From an uncultured bacterium (lineage in GTDB: Bacteria; Krumholzibacteriota; Krumholzibacteriia; LZORAL124-64-63): DNA of 64,000 nucleotides. Below, piece by piece: positions 30,791 through 43,013 of this stretch. A program made the translations under genes and the position numbers. Within the stretch, counting starts at the first letter, position 1. Each line of letters begins with the position of its first letter. The notes under the pieces were generated by a model, which did no database searches, was not told the DNA's origin, and was given only the letters and a program-made list of their open reading frames with translations. Location: positions 168,989 through 232,988 of the forward strand of contig CAVSZB010000004.1 in assembly GCA_963732385.1 (NCBI GenBank), given 5' to 3'.

Positions 30791-32461
30791 TCAGTGGGTC
30801 TCGTGGTGCATGCCGTAGACGCCGCGCAGGACGTTGCACATCTCGCCGACCGAGCCGTAGGCGCGCACGCACGCCAGCAGCGACGGCATCAGGTTGCCGC
30901 CGGACCGCGCCGTCGCCTCCAGGTCGGCCAGTGCAGCGGTGACTGCGGCCGCGTCGCGGCGGGCGCGCACGGCGGCCAGGCGCTGCTTCTGCTCCGCCTC
31001 GACCTCGGGACGCAGCTGGAATCCGCCCCGGGCCGGCTCCGGCTGCGCGTCGGCGTACTTGTTCACGCCGACGAGCACGGTGCGCCGCGCGTCGATGGCC
31101 TGCTGAGCGGCGTAGGCGCTCGCCTCGATCCGCCGCTGCGGGTACCCCTCCTCGATCGCCTTGACCATTCCGCCCAGGTCGTCGATGCGGCGCAGCTCTT
31201 CCCAGACCGCCGCCTCCATGGCGTCGGTGAGCGACTCCACCGCGAAGCTGCCCCCGAGCGGATCGACCGTGTCGCAGACCCCGGTCTCCTCGGCGATGAT
31301 CTGCTGCGTGCGCAGGGCCAGGCGCGCCGCGTCGGCCGTCGGCAGGGAGAGGGCTTCGTCGAAGCTGTTCGTGTGCAGCGACTGTGTCCCGCCCAGCACG
31401 GCGGCCAGCGCCTGGATCGCCACGCGCACGACGTTGTTCGCCGGCTCCTGGGCCGTGAGGGTGGAGCCGGCCGTCTGGGTGTGGAAGCGCAGCTTGCCCG
31501 ACTCCGGGTTCCGCGCCCCGAAGCGCTCGCGGCAGATCCGCTCCCAGATGCGGCGCGCGGCGCGGAACTTGGCCACCTCCTCGAGGAAGTGGTTGTGCAC
31601 GTTGAAGAAAAAGGAGAGTCGCGGCGCGAATTTGTCGAATTCAAGTCCCGCGGTGACGGCCGCCTCGCAGTAGGCGATCGCGTCCGCGAAAGTGAACGCC
31701 AGCTCCTGGACGGCCGTCGATCCGGCTTCGCGGATATGGTAGCCGCTGATCGAGATGGTATTCCAGCGGGGGAGGTTGTCGCGGCACCAGGCGAAGATGT
31801 CGGTGATGATCTTCATGGACGGCTGCGGGGGGTGGATGTATGTGCCGCGCGCCATGTACTCCTTGAGCACGTCGTTCTGGATCGTCCCGGTCAGGAGTTT
31901 CGGGTCGACCCCCTGCCGCTCGGCCGCGGCCACCACCATCAGCAGCAGCATGGCGGCCGGCGCGTTGATCGTCATCGAGACGCTCACCTTGTCGAGCGGG
32001 ATGCCGGCGAGCAGATCCTCCATGTCCTGCAGCGTGTCGATGGCCACGCCGGTGCGCCCGACCTCGCCCTCGGCGAGCGGGTCATCGGAGTCGTAACCCA
32101 TCTGCGTCGGCAGGTCGAAGGCGACCGACAGCCCCGTCTGACCCTGGCCGAGCAGGTAGCGGAAACGCTGGTTGGTCTCGAGGCAGGAACCGAAACCGGC
32201 GTACTGGCGCATGGTCCAGGCGCGGCCGCGGTACATCGTCGGCTGGATGCCGCGGGTGAAGGGGGCCGCGCCCGGCAGGCCGAGGCGGGCCAGATAGTCA
32301 TCTTCGGGGAGGTCCAGCGGGGTATAGATCCGCTTCACTTCGAGATCCGAAGAGGTGGCGAAGCGTTCATGACGCTCCGGAAAGCGCTTCAGCACGGGCG
32401 CCACCGCGTCCTGTTCCCAGGCGTGCACGGCGTCGGTGAGGCGGTTGCGGTCGTCGGCCAT
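30791..32461 (-). CDS. methylmalonyl-CoA mutase large (substrate-binding) subunit
   Basis: [58 protein letters not shown]; no B12 domain. Confidence 0.96.
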   Translation of the reverse strand: MADDRNRLTDAVHAWEQDAVAPVLKRFPERHERFATSSDLEVKRIYTPLDLPEDDYLARLGLPGAAPFTRGIQPTMYRGRAWTMRQYAGFGSCLETNQRFRYLLGQGQTGLSVAFDLPTQMGYDSDDPLAEGEVGRTGVAIDTLQDMEDLLAGIPLDKVSVSMTINAPAAMLLLMVVAAAERQGVDPKLLTGTIQNDVLKEYMARGTYIHPPQPSMKIITDIFAWCRDNLPRWNTISISGYHIREAGSTAVQELAFTFADAIAYCEAAVTAGLEFDKFAPRLSFFFNVHNHFLEEVAKFRAARRIWERICRERFGARNPESGKLRFHTQTAGSTLTAQEPANNVVRVAIQALAAVLGGTQSLHTNSFDEALSLPTADAARLALRTQQIIAEETGVCDTVDPLGGSFAVESLTDAMEAAVWEELRRIDDLGGMVKAIEEGYPQRRIEASAYAAQQAIDARRTVLVGVNKYADAQPEPARGGFQLRPEVEAEQKQRLAAVRARRDAAAVTAALADLEATARSGGNLMPSLLACVRAYGSVGEMCNVLRGVYGMHHETH

Positions 32462-32635
32462 GGTCGGGTCCTTTCCCCGGGCGGAAGCCTTTGCCCGGTC
32501 AGGTCCGGCAGGATGCGCCGGGCGTCGACGCCAAGATAGGAAACCCCGGCCCGCGCCGGAAACCGCTTTTTCACACCGGCCCGAACGGCTATCCTTTCCC
32601 GGCTGTATTTCGCCGGACACGACCGAGGAGGAGCG

Positions 32636-33754
32636 ATGCACGACCCGCGCCTGGCCACCCTGGCCGATCAGCTCGTTTCGTACAGTGTCGATGTCCAGCC
32701 GGGCGAGAAGATCTACCTCGAGATCAAGGGGGTGGAGGCGCTGGCGCTCGGTCGCGAGCTGGTCCGCGCCGCCACGCAGCGCGGCGCCGTGCCGTTCTGG
32801 TACTACAACGACGAGGATCTCGCGCGGCCGTTCGTCCGTCACGCCGGCGAGGCGCAGTTCGAGGCGTGGGGCGCCTTCCACCGCGGCATCATGGAGCAGG
32901 TCGACGCCTACATTGCCATTCGCGGGTCCGCCAACCCGTTCGATTTCGGCGATGTCGATCCCGAGCGGATGAAATGGCACGACCTGGCCTATTGGCAGCA
33001 GGTCCACCTCGGTGTGCGCCTGAAGAAGAAATGGTGCGTGCTGCGCTATCCCAACCCGAGCATGGCGGTCCTCGCGCAGCAGCCGACCGAGGCGTTCGCC
33101 GATTTCTACTTCAAGGTCTGCCTGCTCGACTATGCCCGCCTGTCGCTGGCGATGGATCCCCTCAAGGCGCTGCTCGAACGGACCGATCGGGTCGAACTGC
33201 GCGGACCCGGCACGGAGCTGACGTTCAGCATCAAGGACATTCCGGCCGTCAAGTGCGACGGCCGCCGCAACATTCCCGACGGCGAGATCTACACGGCGCC
33301 GGTGCGCGAATCGATGGAGGGCGTGATCACCTACAATGCGCCGAGCCTGAACAAGGGCACGCTGTTCCGCAACATCCGCTTCACTGTGGAGCGGGGGCGT
33401 ATCGTCGAAGCGACCTGCGACGGCGATCCCGCGAAGCTGAACCGCATCCTCGACACCGACGAGGGAGCGCGCTATTTCGGCGAATTCGCGCTCGGGCTCA
33501 ATCCCCATATCACCGCGCCGCTGAACGACACCCTGTTCGACGAAAAGATCTCTGGTTCCTTCCACCTCACGCCGGGCAAGGCCTATGACAAGGCTGACAA
33601 CGGCAACCGCTCGACCGTCCACTGGGACCTCGTCAACATCCAGACTCCTGCCTGGGGTGGCGGTGAGATCGTCTTCGACGGCGTCGTCATACGTCGCGAC
33701 GGCCTGTTCACCCTGCCCGAACTGCAGGGGCTGAATCCGGAGGAGTTGGCGTGA
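32636..33754 (+). CDS. aminopeptidase, M29 (PepS/AmpS-like)
   Basis: MHDPR, NIPDGEIYTAP, GEFALG, LFDEKI..SFHLTPG, HWDLV. Confidence 0.93.
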   Translation: MHDPRLATLADQLVSYSVDVQPGEKIYLEIKGVEALALGRELVRAATQRGAVPFWYYNDEDLARPFVRHAGEAQFEAWGAFHRGIMEQVDAYIAIRGSANPFDFGDVDPERMKWHDLAYWQQVHLGVRLKKKWCVLRYPNPSMAVLAQQPTEAFADFYFKVCLLDYARLSLAMDPLKALLERTDRVELRGPGTELTFSIKDIPAVKCDGRRNIPDGEIYTAPVRESMEGVITYNAPSLNKGTLFRNIRFTVERGRIVEATCDGDPAKLNRILDTDEGARYFGEFALGLNPHITAPLNDTLFDEKISGSFHLTPGKAYDKADNGNRSTVHWDLVNIQTPAWGGGEIVFDGVVIRRDGLFTLPELQGLNPEELA

Positions 33755-34455
33755 GGCGCGCGGCGGCGATCACCGCGGCGACGCTCGGCCTGTTCGTCGT
33801 TCTCGGCCTGTCCGTCGCCGCCGCTGCCGCCAGGGAGTCGGCGCCGCGCTGGGGCTTCGGCTGGGATCCGGGCGATGGGTCCGGCAGAGGTCTGACCCTG
33901 CGCCACCGGCTGGGCCGGGGGTGGGAGGTCGGTCTGGCGGCCGGTCCCGACGACAGCAAGTATGATGAAGATCGCCTCGATTGGGATTCGAGCGACCTGC
34001 CGGCTCCGGTCGAGACGCACGACGTGTACGGCTACCGCCGGGAATCGGGCTGGGTCCGCGTCACCGCCGCGCGGTGTTTCTGGCGGGACGGCCCCTTCGC
34101 CGCCGCCGCTCTGGCGGGCCTCACCTACAGTTGGAGCAATGAGCAGTGGTCCGACCGCTGGCCGGTCTCAACCCAGACCGCCGACTCGGACTACCGTAAC
34201 TACCGCAAGAATTCACGGACCGATCTCTGGCGCTGCGCGCTCGGTCTGCGCCCTTCCTGGTCAGCGACAGCCCGGCTGACCGTGGAATTCGAGGCCGGGA
34301 TGGCTTTCGAGACCTGGACGAGAACGGCCCGCGAGGACATCTGGTACGATTTCGATCCCAGGATCCAGCTCTTCTCGATCGACAACCCGAGTCATTCCTT
34401 CTCCTCGTATGGCGGCTTCGAATGGTCCCGGTTGAAATTCATCTTCTGGTTCTAG
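33751..34455 (+). CDS. putative small outer-membrane beta-barrel protein
   Basis: Signal peptide, alternating aromatic-rich strands, C-terminal LKFIFWF (BAM-type terminal Phe). Confidence 0.65.
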   Translation: MRRAAAITAATLGLFVVLGLSVAAAAARESAPRWGFGWDPGDGSGRGLTLRHRLGRGWEVGLAAGPDDSKYDEDRLDWDSSDLPAPVETHDVYGYRRESGWVRVTAARCFWRDGPFAAAALAGLTYSWSNEQWSDRWPVSTQTADSDYRNYRKNSRTDLWRCALGLRPSWSATARLTVEFEAGMAFETWTRTAREDIWYDFDPRIQLFSIDNPSHSFSSYGGFEWSRLKFIFWF

Positions 34456-34503
34456 ACGCTGGCGCGGCGTCCGCAGGGACGCGCGCCGGCGGGAGCGCCG
34501 CCG

Positions 34504-35403
34504 GTGATCTTCCCCGTTTCAGGCTGTGAACTGCCGCTCTGGCTGCCGCCGCTGGTGACCTTCGTCATCGGGGCGGTCTGTGCGTCGGCCGGGGTGTCGG
34601 GGGCGTTCCTGCTGCTGCCGTTCCAGATGAGCGTGCTCGGTTTCACCGCGCCGGCGGTCACCCCCACGAACCTGCTCTACAACGTGTTCGGGATTCCGGG
34701 CGGGGTGGCGCGCTACCTGCGGGAGGGGCGGCTCGACCGGACGCTCGCGGCGCTGCTCGCGCTCGGTCTGGTGCCGGGCGCGTTCCTGGGCATGCTGCTG
34801 CGGGTGCGGGTGTTGACCGATCCGGGCCGTTTCAGGCTGTTCGTGGCGGGGGTGCTGTTGCTGCTCGCGGCACGGCTCGCGGCGACGCTGCGCGCCGGAG
34901 CGGCCAACGGCGGGGGCGGGACGGACCGGATGCCGGAGGGGGCGCGGGTGGTAGCGGTGTCGCGCTCGTGGCGGCGGGTCACGGCGCGGCTCGGGCCGCA
35001 GGAGTACGCCTACCCGCCGGTCGCCATGGCGGGACTGGCGCTGGCCGTCGGCGCGGTCGGGGGGGCCTACGGCATCGGCGGCGGCGCGCTGATGGCGCCG
35101 CTGATGATCTCGCTGTTCCGCCTGCCGGTCCACGCCACCGCGGGGGCCAACCTCGCCGGAACGTTCACCGCCTCGCTGGCGGGGGCGCTGTTCTACGCCT
35201 GGTGCGGTCCGCGGCTGGCGGGGCCCGGGGCGGTGGTCGGCCCGGACTGGGCGCTCGGCCTGCTGTTCGGCGTGGGGGGGCTGTTCGGCATGTACCTGGG
35301 GGCGTCGTGGCAGCGCTTCCTGCCGGCGCGGCTGATCAAGCTGGTCCTGACCGCCCTGATGTTGTTCCTGGCCGCGAAATACCTGTTCGATTCGCTGGCC
35401 TGA
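34504..35403 (+). CDS. TauE/SafE (TSUP) family transporter
   Basis: GVSGAFLLLPFQ..TPTNL, GAYGIGGGALMAP, PDWALGLLFG. Confidence 0.9.
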   Translation: MIFPVSGCELPLWLPPLVTFVIGAVCASAGVSGAFLLLPFQMSVLGFTAPAVTPTNLLYNVFGIPGGVARYLREGRLDRTLAALLALGLVPGAFLGMLLRVRVLTDPGRFRLFVAGVLLLLAARLAATLRAGAANGGGGTDRMPEGARVVAVSRSWRRVTARLGPQEYAYPPVAMAGLALAVGAVGGAYGIGGGALMAPLMISLFRLPVHATAGANLAGTFTASLAGALFYAWCGPRLAGPGAVVGPDWALGLLFGVGGLFGMYLGASWQRFLPARLIKLVLTALMLFLAAKYLFDSLA

Positions 35404-35419
35404 CCGGCGCCGCGTGGCG

Positions 35420-35944
35420 TCAGCCGGCGGCCGGCGTGATGACCACCAGCGTGTCGCCGGCGTTAACGGTGCGGCCGGCCTGCCCCGGCACGCTCGCCAC
35501 CACGCCGTCGCACGGCGCGGCCAGTTCGTTCTGCATCTTCATCGCCTCGAGCACGACGACCGGTTCGCCGCGTTTCACCGCCTGCCCTTCCCGCACCCGG
35601 ATCTCGACCACCAGCCCGGGAATCTCGGCCGCCACGATGCCGCTGCCGGCCACAGTGCCGGCGGCGACGAGGGCGAGGGCGTGCAGTTCGTCCAGCACGG
35701 TCAGCTCCAGCGGCTGGCCGAGCAGGGTCGCGGTGACCTCCCCGCGCGGCCCGGACGTCGAGAGGTGGATCAGGTGCACGCGGTTGCCGATGCGCAGGGA
35801 GAGGGCGCGGCCGTTGTGGACCACGGCCGCGTCGACGTCGCGTGGCGGGGCGTCGTCGAGCTGCACGGTGAGCTGGTCGCCCTGGCGGGCCACCACGGCC
35901 CGGTGCTCGCCGTCAGGAGCCCGCAGCAGATAGCGCTTTTTCAT
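35420..35944 (-). CDS. biotin carboxyl carrier protein
   Basis: IPGLVV..VLEAMKMQNEL biotinylation motif. Confidence 0.93.
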   Translation of the reverse strand: MKKRYLLRAPDGEHRAVVARQGDQLTVQLDDAPPRDVDAAVVHNGRALSLRIGNRVHLIHLSTSGPRGEVTATLLGQPLELTVLDELHALALVAAGTVAGSGIVAAEIPGLVVEIRVREGQAVKRGEPVVVLEAMKMQNELAAPCDGVVASVPGQAGRTVNAGDTLVVITPAAG

Positions 35945-35975
35945 CCACACGGTCGTCAGGCCTCCGAGGGCGGCG

Positions 35976-37532
35976 TCAGTCGCGGCCGGTCATGCGGCGC
36001 AGCGCGGCGCGCCGCCAGTTGGTCATGGCGCACTCGCGCCCGGGGGCCCCGGCCACGTAGTCCGGGCCGCCGGCCAGCGTGCCGGCCATCCGGCGCGCCG
36101 CTTCGAACAGCGCGCCCGCCGACAGCAGCGCCTCCTGGTCGTCCGGCGCCAGGGGCGGCGCGAAGGTCGCGGGGTCGAAGCACGCCTCGATGAAACGGGT
36201 CGTGTAGCTGCCGTCGCGGAACGACGGCTGGTCGAGCGCCCAGAGGTGGAACGGGATGTTGTGGATCGGTCCGTGCAGGATGTACTCCTCGAGCGCCCGG
36301 CGGCCCCGCGCCAGGGCGCGCGCCCGGTCCTCCCCCCAGACGATCAGCTTGGCCAGCAGCGGATCGTAATGGATCGGCACCCGGCACCCCTCGGCGATGC
36401 CGCTGTCCACCCGCACGCCGGGGCCGGCCGGCTCCATGAGCGCGGTGATCTCGCCGATCGCCGGGGCGAAATTGCGGCGGGGGTTCTCGGCGCAGATCCG
36501 GAACTCGATCGCCCAGCCGCGCTGCGTGATCTCCTCCTGGCGCAGGCGCAGCCCGCGCCCGCCGGCCACATCGAGCTGCGCGCGCACCAGATCGACGCCG
36601 GTCACCATCTCCGTCACCGGGTGTTCGACCTGCAGGCGCGTGTTCATCTCGAGAAAGAAGAATTCCCCCGCCGGACTGAGCACGAACTCCACGGTGCCGG
36701 CGCCGCGGTAATTCACCGACTCGGCGGTGCGCACCGCGGCGGCGCAGATCGCCGTCCGCAGTTCCGGTGTCAGACAGGGGGAGGGGGACTCCTCGATCAG
36801 CTTCTGGTGCCGGCGCTGCACTGAGCACTCGCGCTCGAAGAGGTGGAGCGCCCGCCCCTCGCCGTCGCCGAGCACCTGCACTTCGATGTGCTTGGGATCC
36901 TCCACGTAGCGCTCGAGGAAGACGGAATCGTCGCCGAAGGCCGACTTCGCCTCGCCCATGGTCTGGCGGAGCGCAGCGGCGAGGCCTGCCGGGTCGCGCA
37001 CCACGCGCATCCCCTTGCCGCCGCCCCCGGCGGCCGCCTTCAGCAGGACCGGATAGCCGATCTCCGCCGCCGCGCGCCGTGCGGTTTCGGCGTCGCGCAC
37101 CGCCTCGTCGGTACCGGGGATCACCGGCACGCCGCTGGCGCGCATCCGCCGCCGCGCCGCCAGTTTGTTGCCCATCAACTCGATCGTGTCGGGGCGCGGT
37201 CCGATGAAGACGAGGCCCGCCTCCTCGCACATCCGCGCGAAGCCTGCGTTCTCGGAAAGAAAACCGTAGCCGGGATGGATGGCGCCGGCGCCGGCGCGTC
37301 TGGCCACCTCGATCAGCCGCTCGCCGCGCAGATAGCTCTCGGCCGCGGGCGCCGGACCGATCGGATACGCCTCGTGGGCGAGCAGCACGTGGGCCGCCGT
37401 GCGGTCCACCTCCGAGTAGACCGCCACCGTATGCAGCCCCAGCTCGCGCAGGCCGCGGATCACGCGCACCGCGATCTCGCCGCGGTTCGCCACGAGGACC
37501 TTCGCGAAGGGGAGCCTGCCCGCCACCGTCAT
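35976..37532 (-). CDS. biotin carboxylase subunit of acyl-CoA (propionyl-CoA) carboxylase
   Basis: ANRGEIA, HPGYGFLSEN, GGGGKGMR, ERECSVQRRHQK, EMNTRLQVEH. Confidence 0.96.
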   Translation of the reverse strand: MTVAGRLPFAKVLVANRGEIAVRVIRGLRELGLHTVAVYSEVDRTAAHVLLAHEAYPIGPAPAAESYLRGERLIEVARRAGAGAIHPGYGFLSENAGFARMCEEAGLVFIGPRPDTIELMGNKLAARRRMRASGVPVIPGTDEAVRDAETARRAAAEIGYPVLLKAAAGGGGKGMRVVRDPAGLAAALRQTMGEAKSAFGDDSVFLERYVEDPKHIEVQVLGDGEGRALHLFERECSVQRRHQKLIEESPSPCLTPELRTAICAAAVRTAESVNYRGAGTVEFVLSPAGEFFFLEMNTRLQVEHPVTEMVTGVDLVRAQLDVAGGRGLRLRQEEITQRGWAIEFRICAENPRRNFAPAIGEITALMEPAGPGVRVDSGIAEGCRVPIHYDPLLAKLIVWGEDRARALARGRRALEEYILHGPIHNIPFHLWALDQPSFRDGSYTTRFIEACFDPATFAPPLAPDDQEALLSAGALFEAARRMAGTLAGGPDYVAGAPGRECAMTNWRRAALRRMTGRD

Positions 37533-37551
37533 GATCGCCTCCGCACCCCGC

Positions 37552-39108
<1,557 letters not shown>

Positions 39109-39314
39109 GTCGCTCCTTCCGGCCGGGTGGCGCCAGCTTCGCAGGGCGCACCGGCGGGGGGGGATCCTAAGGCAGCGCCGCGGGGGGGGTCAAGGCGGCA
39201 GCGGAGCCCGGATCTCCGGTCTCGGGCATGGTCCGGGTCGGCACCATCTGCTATCCTGCCCAGGGCCGATGCCCCGGCCGCCCCGGGAATCGAGCGCGGA
39301 AAGGGAGACGAGAC

Positions 39315-40097
39315 ATGGAGTATCGGAATCTGCTGGTCACTTGTGCCGGAGGGGTGGCTGAGGTCACCATCAACCGCCCGGAAAAGCTGAATGCCCTCAA
39401 CGCGGCGGTGGTCGACGAACTGCACGCCTGCTTCAGCGCCCTGGGCGCCGATCCGGCGGCGCGGGTGATCGTCCTGACCGGGGCGGGAGAGAAGGCGTTC
39501 GTGGCCGGCGCCGACATTGCTGAGCTGGCGGCGCTGGGCGGTGGCGAAGCGGAGCGCTTTGCCGCGAAGGGTCAGGCGCTGATGTGGAAGATCGAAAACC
39601 TGGGCAAGCCGGTGCTGGCGGCGGTGAACGGCTACGCGCTTGGCGGTGGCTGCGAACTGGCGCTGGCCTGTACGTTCCGCTACGCCTCGACCAACGCGCG
39701 TCTGGGGTTGCCGGAGGTCGGTCTTGGTCTGATCCCTGGTTATGGCGGGACGCAACGGCTGCCGCGGTTGATCGGATCGGGCCGCGCCCTTGAACTGATC
39801 CTGACCGGCGAACCGCTCACCGCGATCGAGGCGCTGGACGTGGGGCTGGTGAATCGCGTGATGCCGCAGGAGGAACTGATGCCGGCGGTTCGTCAGACGG
39901 CCGGTCGGATAGCCGCCCGCTCCGCCGTAACGCTCCGTCTGGCCCTCAAGGCGGTTCACGAGGGGGCCAATTGCGGTCTCGACGCCGCCTGTCGGCTCGA
40001 AGCGGCCCTGTTCGGCGTCGTCGGCGCCACGGCCGACGCCGGCGAGGGGTGCCGCGCCTTCCTGGAGAAGCGGTCGCCGAAGTTTGCGGATCGCTGA
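39315..40097 (+). CDS. crt: enoyl-CoA hydratase (crotonase)
   Basis: [43 protein letters not shown]. Confidence 0.93.
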   Translation: MEYRNLLVTCAGGVAEVTINRPEKLNALNAAVVDELHACFSALGADPAARVIVLTGAGEKAFVAGADIAELAALGGGEAERFAAKGQALMWKIENLGKPVLAAVNGYALGGGCELALACTFRYASTNARLGLPEVGLGLIPGYGGTQRLPRLIGSGRALELILTGEPLTAIEALDVGLVNRVMPQEELMPAVRQTAGRIAARSAVTLRLALKAVHEGANCGLDAACRLEAALFGVVGATADAGEGCRAFLEKRSPKFADR

Positions 40098-40223
40098 AAC
40101 CCTCTTCCCGCCCGCCGGTCCGGCCCCGGGGCCGGACCGGCAACAATTCTTTTCGTCCCCGGCGGGCCACCGGTTATGTTTGTCAAGGAATCCTCCGCCA
40201 CCCCTCACACCGAGGTGACGCGC

Positions 40224-40454
40224 ATGGAGAAAGCTGCCTCTCCCGCCGAGCCGTTCATCGAGATCGACCCGGAGCTCTGCAAGGGGTGCAAACTGTGCAT
40301 CCCGATCTGTCCCAAGGAAGTCATCGCCATCGGCGAGAAGCTCAACAGCGCCAGCTATCACCCGGCCTACTACCTGGGCCAGGCTTGCACCGGCTGTGCG
40401 CTCTGCTTCTACGCGTGCCCCGAGCCGGGAGCCATCCGCGTGGTGAAGCCTTAG
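40224..40454 (+). CDS. 2x[4Fe-4S] ferredoxin (VOR delta subunit)
   Basis: [12 protein letters not shown] and [12 protein letters not shown]. Confidence 0.92.
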   Translation: MEKAASPAEPFIEIDPELCKGCKLCIPICPKEVIAIGEKLNSASYHPAYYLGQACTGCALCFYACPEPGAIRVVKP

Positions 40455-40483
40455 GCACGTTCCCCGAACCCAGGAGTCCGGAG

Positions 40484-41557
40484 ATGGCCAATAAAGTGTT
40501 CATGAAGGGCAACGACGCGATCATCGTGGGGGCGCTCACTGCTGGTTGCCGGGCCTACTACGGCTACCCGATCACCCCCGCCAGCGAGATCGCCCATGCC
40601 GCCGCCCTCCATTTCCCCGCGCTTGGCGGGACGTTCATCCAGGCCGAGAGCGAAGTGGCCGCCATCAATATGTGTTATGGCACTGCGGGCATGGGGATCC
40701 GGGTCATGACCGCCTCCTCGAGCCCCGGTGTCAGCCTGAAGCAGGAGGGGCTCTCCTACTGCGCGGGCGCGGAACTGCCGGTGGTGATGGTGAACGTCAA
40801 CCGCGCCGGTCCCGGCCTGGGCAACATCGCCCCCGAGCAGGGCGACTACTTCCAGGCGGTCAAGGGGGGCGGGCATGGCAACTATCGGCTGCTCGTGCTG
40901 GCTCCCAACAGCGCCCAGGAGATGTGCGACCTGACGATGCTCGCCTTCGACCTGGCCGATCGCTATCGCAATCCGGCCTGCGTGTTGGCGGACGGTTTCA
41001 TCGGCCAGATGATGGAAGCGGTCGAACTGCCCCAGGCGAAACCGGTGCCGTACGACCACACCGCCTGGTGCGTGCGCGGTGACGCCGCCACCCGCGCGAA
41101 TCTGGTCAGCTCCATCGTGCTCGATCCGGCCGAGCTCGAGCGGCACAACCTGAAGCTGGCGGGCAAGTACCGGGAATGCGCGGCCAAAGAGGTGCGCTTC
41201 GAGGAGTACCAGACCGCCGACGCCGATCTGGTCGTGGTGGCCTACGGCATCGTCTCGCGCATCGTCTACTCGACGGTCGACGAGGCCCGTTCGCGCGGCC
41301 TGAAGGTCGGCCTGCTGCGTCCGATCACCCTCTGGCCGTTCCCGACGGCGCGCCTGGCGGAACTGGCCGGGCACGCCAAAGCCTTCCTCTCGGTCGAGTT
41401 GAGCACCGGCCAGATGGTCGAAGACGTGCGGCTCGCCGTCAACGGCCGCCGCCCCGTGCACTTCTACGGCCGCTGCGGCGGCATGGTCCCGACCGGTGAC
41501 GAGATCGTGGCGCAATACGAACAGATCCTGAAGGGGGCCCGCCATGAAGGTCACTGA
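40484..41557 (+). CDS. vorB: 2-ketoisovalerate:ferredoxin oxidoreductase alpha-type subunit
   Basis: [37 protein letters not shown]. Confidence 0.9.
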   Translation: MANKVFMKGNDAIIVGALTAGCRAYYGYPITPASEIAHAAALHFPALGGTFIQAESEVAAINMCYGTAGMGIRVMTASSSPGVSLKQEGLSYCAGAELPVVMVNVNRAGPGLGNIAPEQGDYFQAVKGGGHGNYRLLVLAPNSAQEMCDLTMLAFDLADRYRNPACVLADGFIGQMMEAVELPQAKPVPYDHTAWCVRGDAATRANLVSSIVLDPAELERHNLKLAGKYRECAAKEVRFEEYQTADADLVVVAYGIVSRIVYSTVDEARSRGLKVGLLRPITLWPFPTARLAELAGHAKAFLSVELSTGQMVEDVRLAVNGRRPVHFYGRCGGMVPTGDEIVAQYEQILKGARHEGH

Positions 41558-42974
41558 GAAAGCCCCGGCGTTCTACGATGTGTTCGAACGCAAGACCGGG
41601 CCGGCCCGGCAGGCCACGCACTACTGTCCCGGCTGCGGGCACGGAAACATCCACAAGATGATGGCCGAGGCGCTGACGGATCTGGGCATCGCCGAGCGCA
41701 CGGTCCTGGTATCGCCGGTCGGCTGCAGCGTGTTCGCCTACTACTACTTCGACGTGGGCAACATCCAGGCGGCGCACGGACGGGCGCCGGCCGTGGCGAC
41801 CGGGATCAAGCGGGCCAACCCCGGTGCGATCGTCATTTCCTACCAGGGCGACGGCGATCTGGCGGCCATCGGCACGGCCGAGACGATCCACGCCGCCAAT
41901 CGCGGCGAAAACATCTCGGTCTTCTTCGTCAACAACGCCATCTATGGCATGACCGGCGGGCAGATGGCGCCGACCACGCTCATCAACCAGAAGACCGCCA
42001 CCACGCCGCTGGGCCGCGTCGGTGCGCTGCATGGCAATCCGATCCGCGTTTGCGAACTGCTGGCCACGCTGCCCGCGCCGACCTACATCGAGCGCGTGGC
42101 GATCGGCGAGGCGAAACACACCCAGAAGGCGCGCAAGGCGATCCGCAAGGCGCTGCAGAACCAGGTCGAGGGGCGGGGCTACAGTTTCGTCGAGATCCTT
42201 GCCCCCTGTCCGACCGGTTGGAAGATGGATCCGGTGGACGCCCGCGAGTGGATGCTCGCCGAGATGACCAGGGTGTTCCCGCTCGGTGTTTTCAAGGACG
42301 AGGGGGACACGCGCGAGGGGCAGTGGCACCGCACGGTCACGCCGTTCGATACCGACGCGGTGTCCCGTTATTTCGGCGCGGGAGACCGCACCGAAGCCGC
42401 GGGGGCGGACGGTCCGGTGACCCTGAAGGAGGATCTGCACTGCAAGTTTGCCGGCTTCGGCGGACAGGGCATTCTTTCACTCGGACTGTTCACGGCGCAG
42501 ATCGGCATGCGCGCCGGCCTGCAGGTGTCGTGGATCCCGTCCTACGGCCCGGAGATGCGGGGCGGCACGGCCAACTGCCAGGTCAGCGTTTCGGGCCGGC
42601 GCATCGGCACGCCGATCGTTGAACGTCCCAATGTCATGGTGGTCATGAACCAGCCGTCGCTCGACGCCTTCGCCAGCGAGGTGGCCGAAGGCGGTCTGCT
42701 GATCGTTGACACGTCGATCGTGCAGGGCGAGGTGGCGAACCTGAACGCGCGCACGGTCCTGCTCCCGGCGACCCGAATCGCCGACCAGGTCGGCACGCCG
42801 AAGATCGCCAACGTGGTCCTCCTGGGCGCGCTCTGCGCGGCCACCGGCGCTTTCCAGCCCGCGCTCGCCGAGCAGACGCTGCGCGAGGTGATCAAGAAGC
42901 GTAATCTCGTGGACCTGAACCTGCAGGCCTTCCAGAAGGGCTACGCCTGGGTGACGGAGGGGCGTGGCGCCTGA
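41544..42974 (+). CDS. vorA: 2-oxoacid:ferredoxin oxidoreductase fused beta (TPP) plus gamma subunit
   Basis: [22 protein letters not shown], then [17 protein letters not shown]. Confidence 0.9.
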   Translation: MKVTEKAPAFYDVFERKTGPARQATHYCPGCGHGNIHKMMAEALTDLGIAERTVLVSPVGCSVFAYYYFDVGNIQAAHGRAPAVATGIKRANPGAIVISYQGDGDLAAIGTAETIHAANRGENISVFFVNNAIYGMTGGQMAPTTLINQKTATTPLGRVGALHGNPIRVCELLATLPAPTYIERVAIGEAKHTQKARKAIRKALQNQVEGRGYSFVEILAPCPTGWKMDPVDAREWMLAEMTRVFPLGVFKDEGDTREGQWHRTVTPFDTDAVSRYFGAGDRTEAAGADGPVTLKEDLHCKFAGFGGQGILSLGLFTAQIGMRAGLQVSWIPSYGPEMRGGTANCQVSVSGRRIGTPIVERPNVMVVMNQPSLDAFASEVAEGGLLIVDTSIVQGEVANLNARTVLLPATRIADQVGTPKIANVVLLGALCAATGAFQPALAEQTLREVIKKRNLVDLNLQAFQKGYAWVTEGRGA

Positions 42975-43013
42975 GCGGCCCCCCCTCGCGGCGCCCGCAG
43001 CGAGGAGTGAGCG

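Noticed and set aside
30791..33622. 943-aa ORF suggesting an N-terminally extended mutase
   Set aside because: The extension is antisense to the M29 peptidase; the real start is ATG 32461 with an RBS.
41544..42974. VOR beta-gamma fusion as a novelty
   Set aside because: Known VorA-type architecture.
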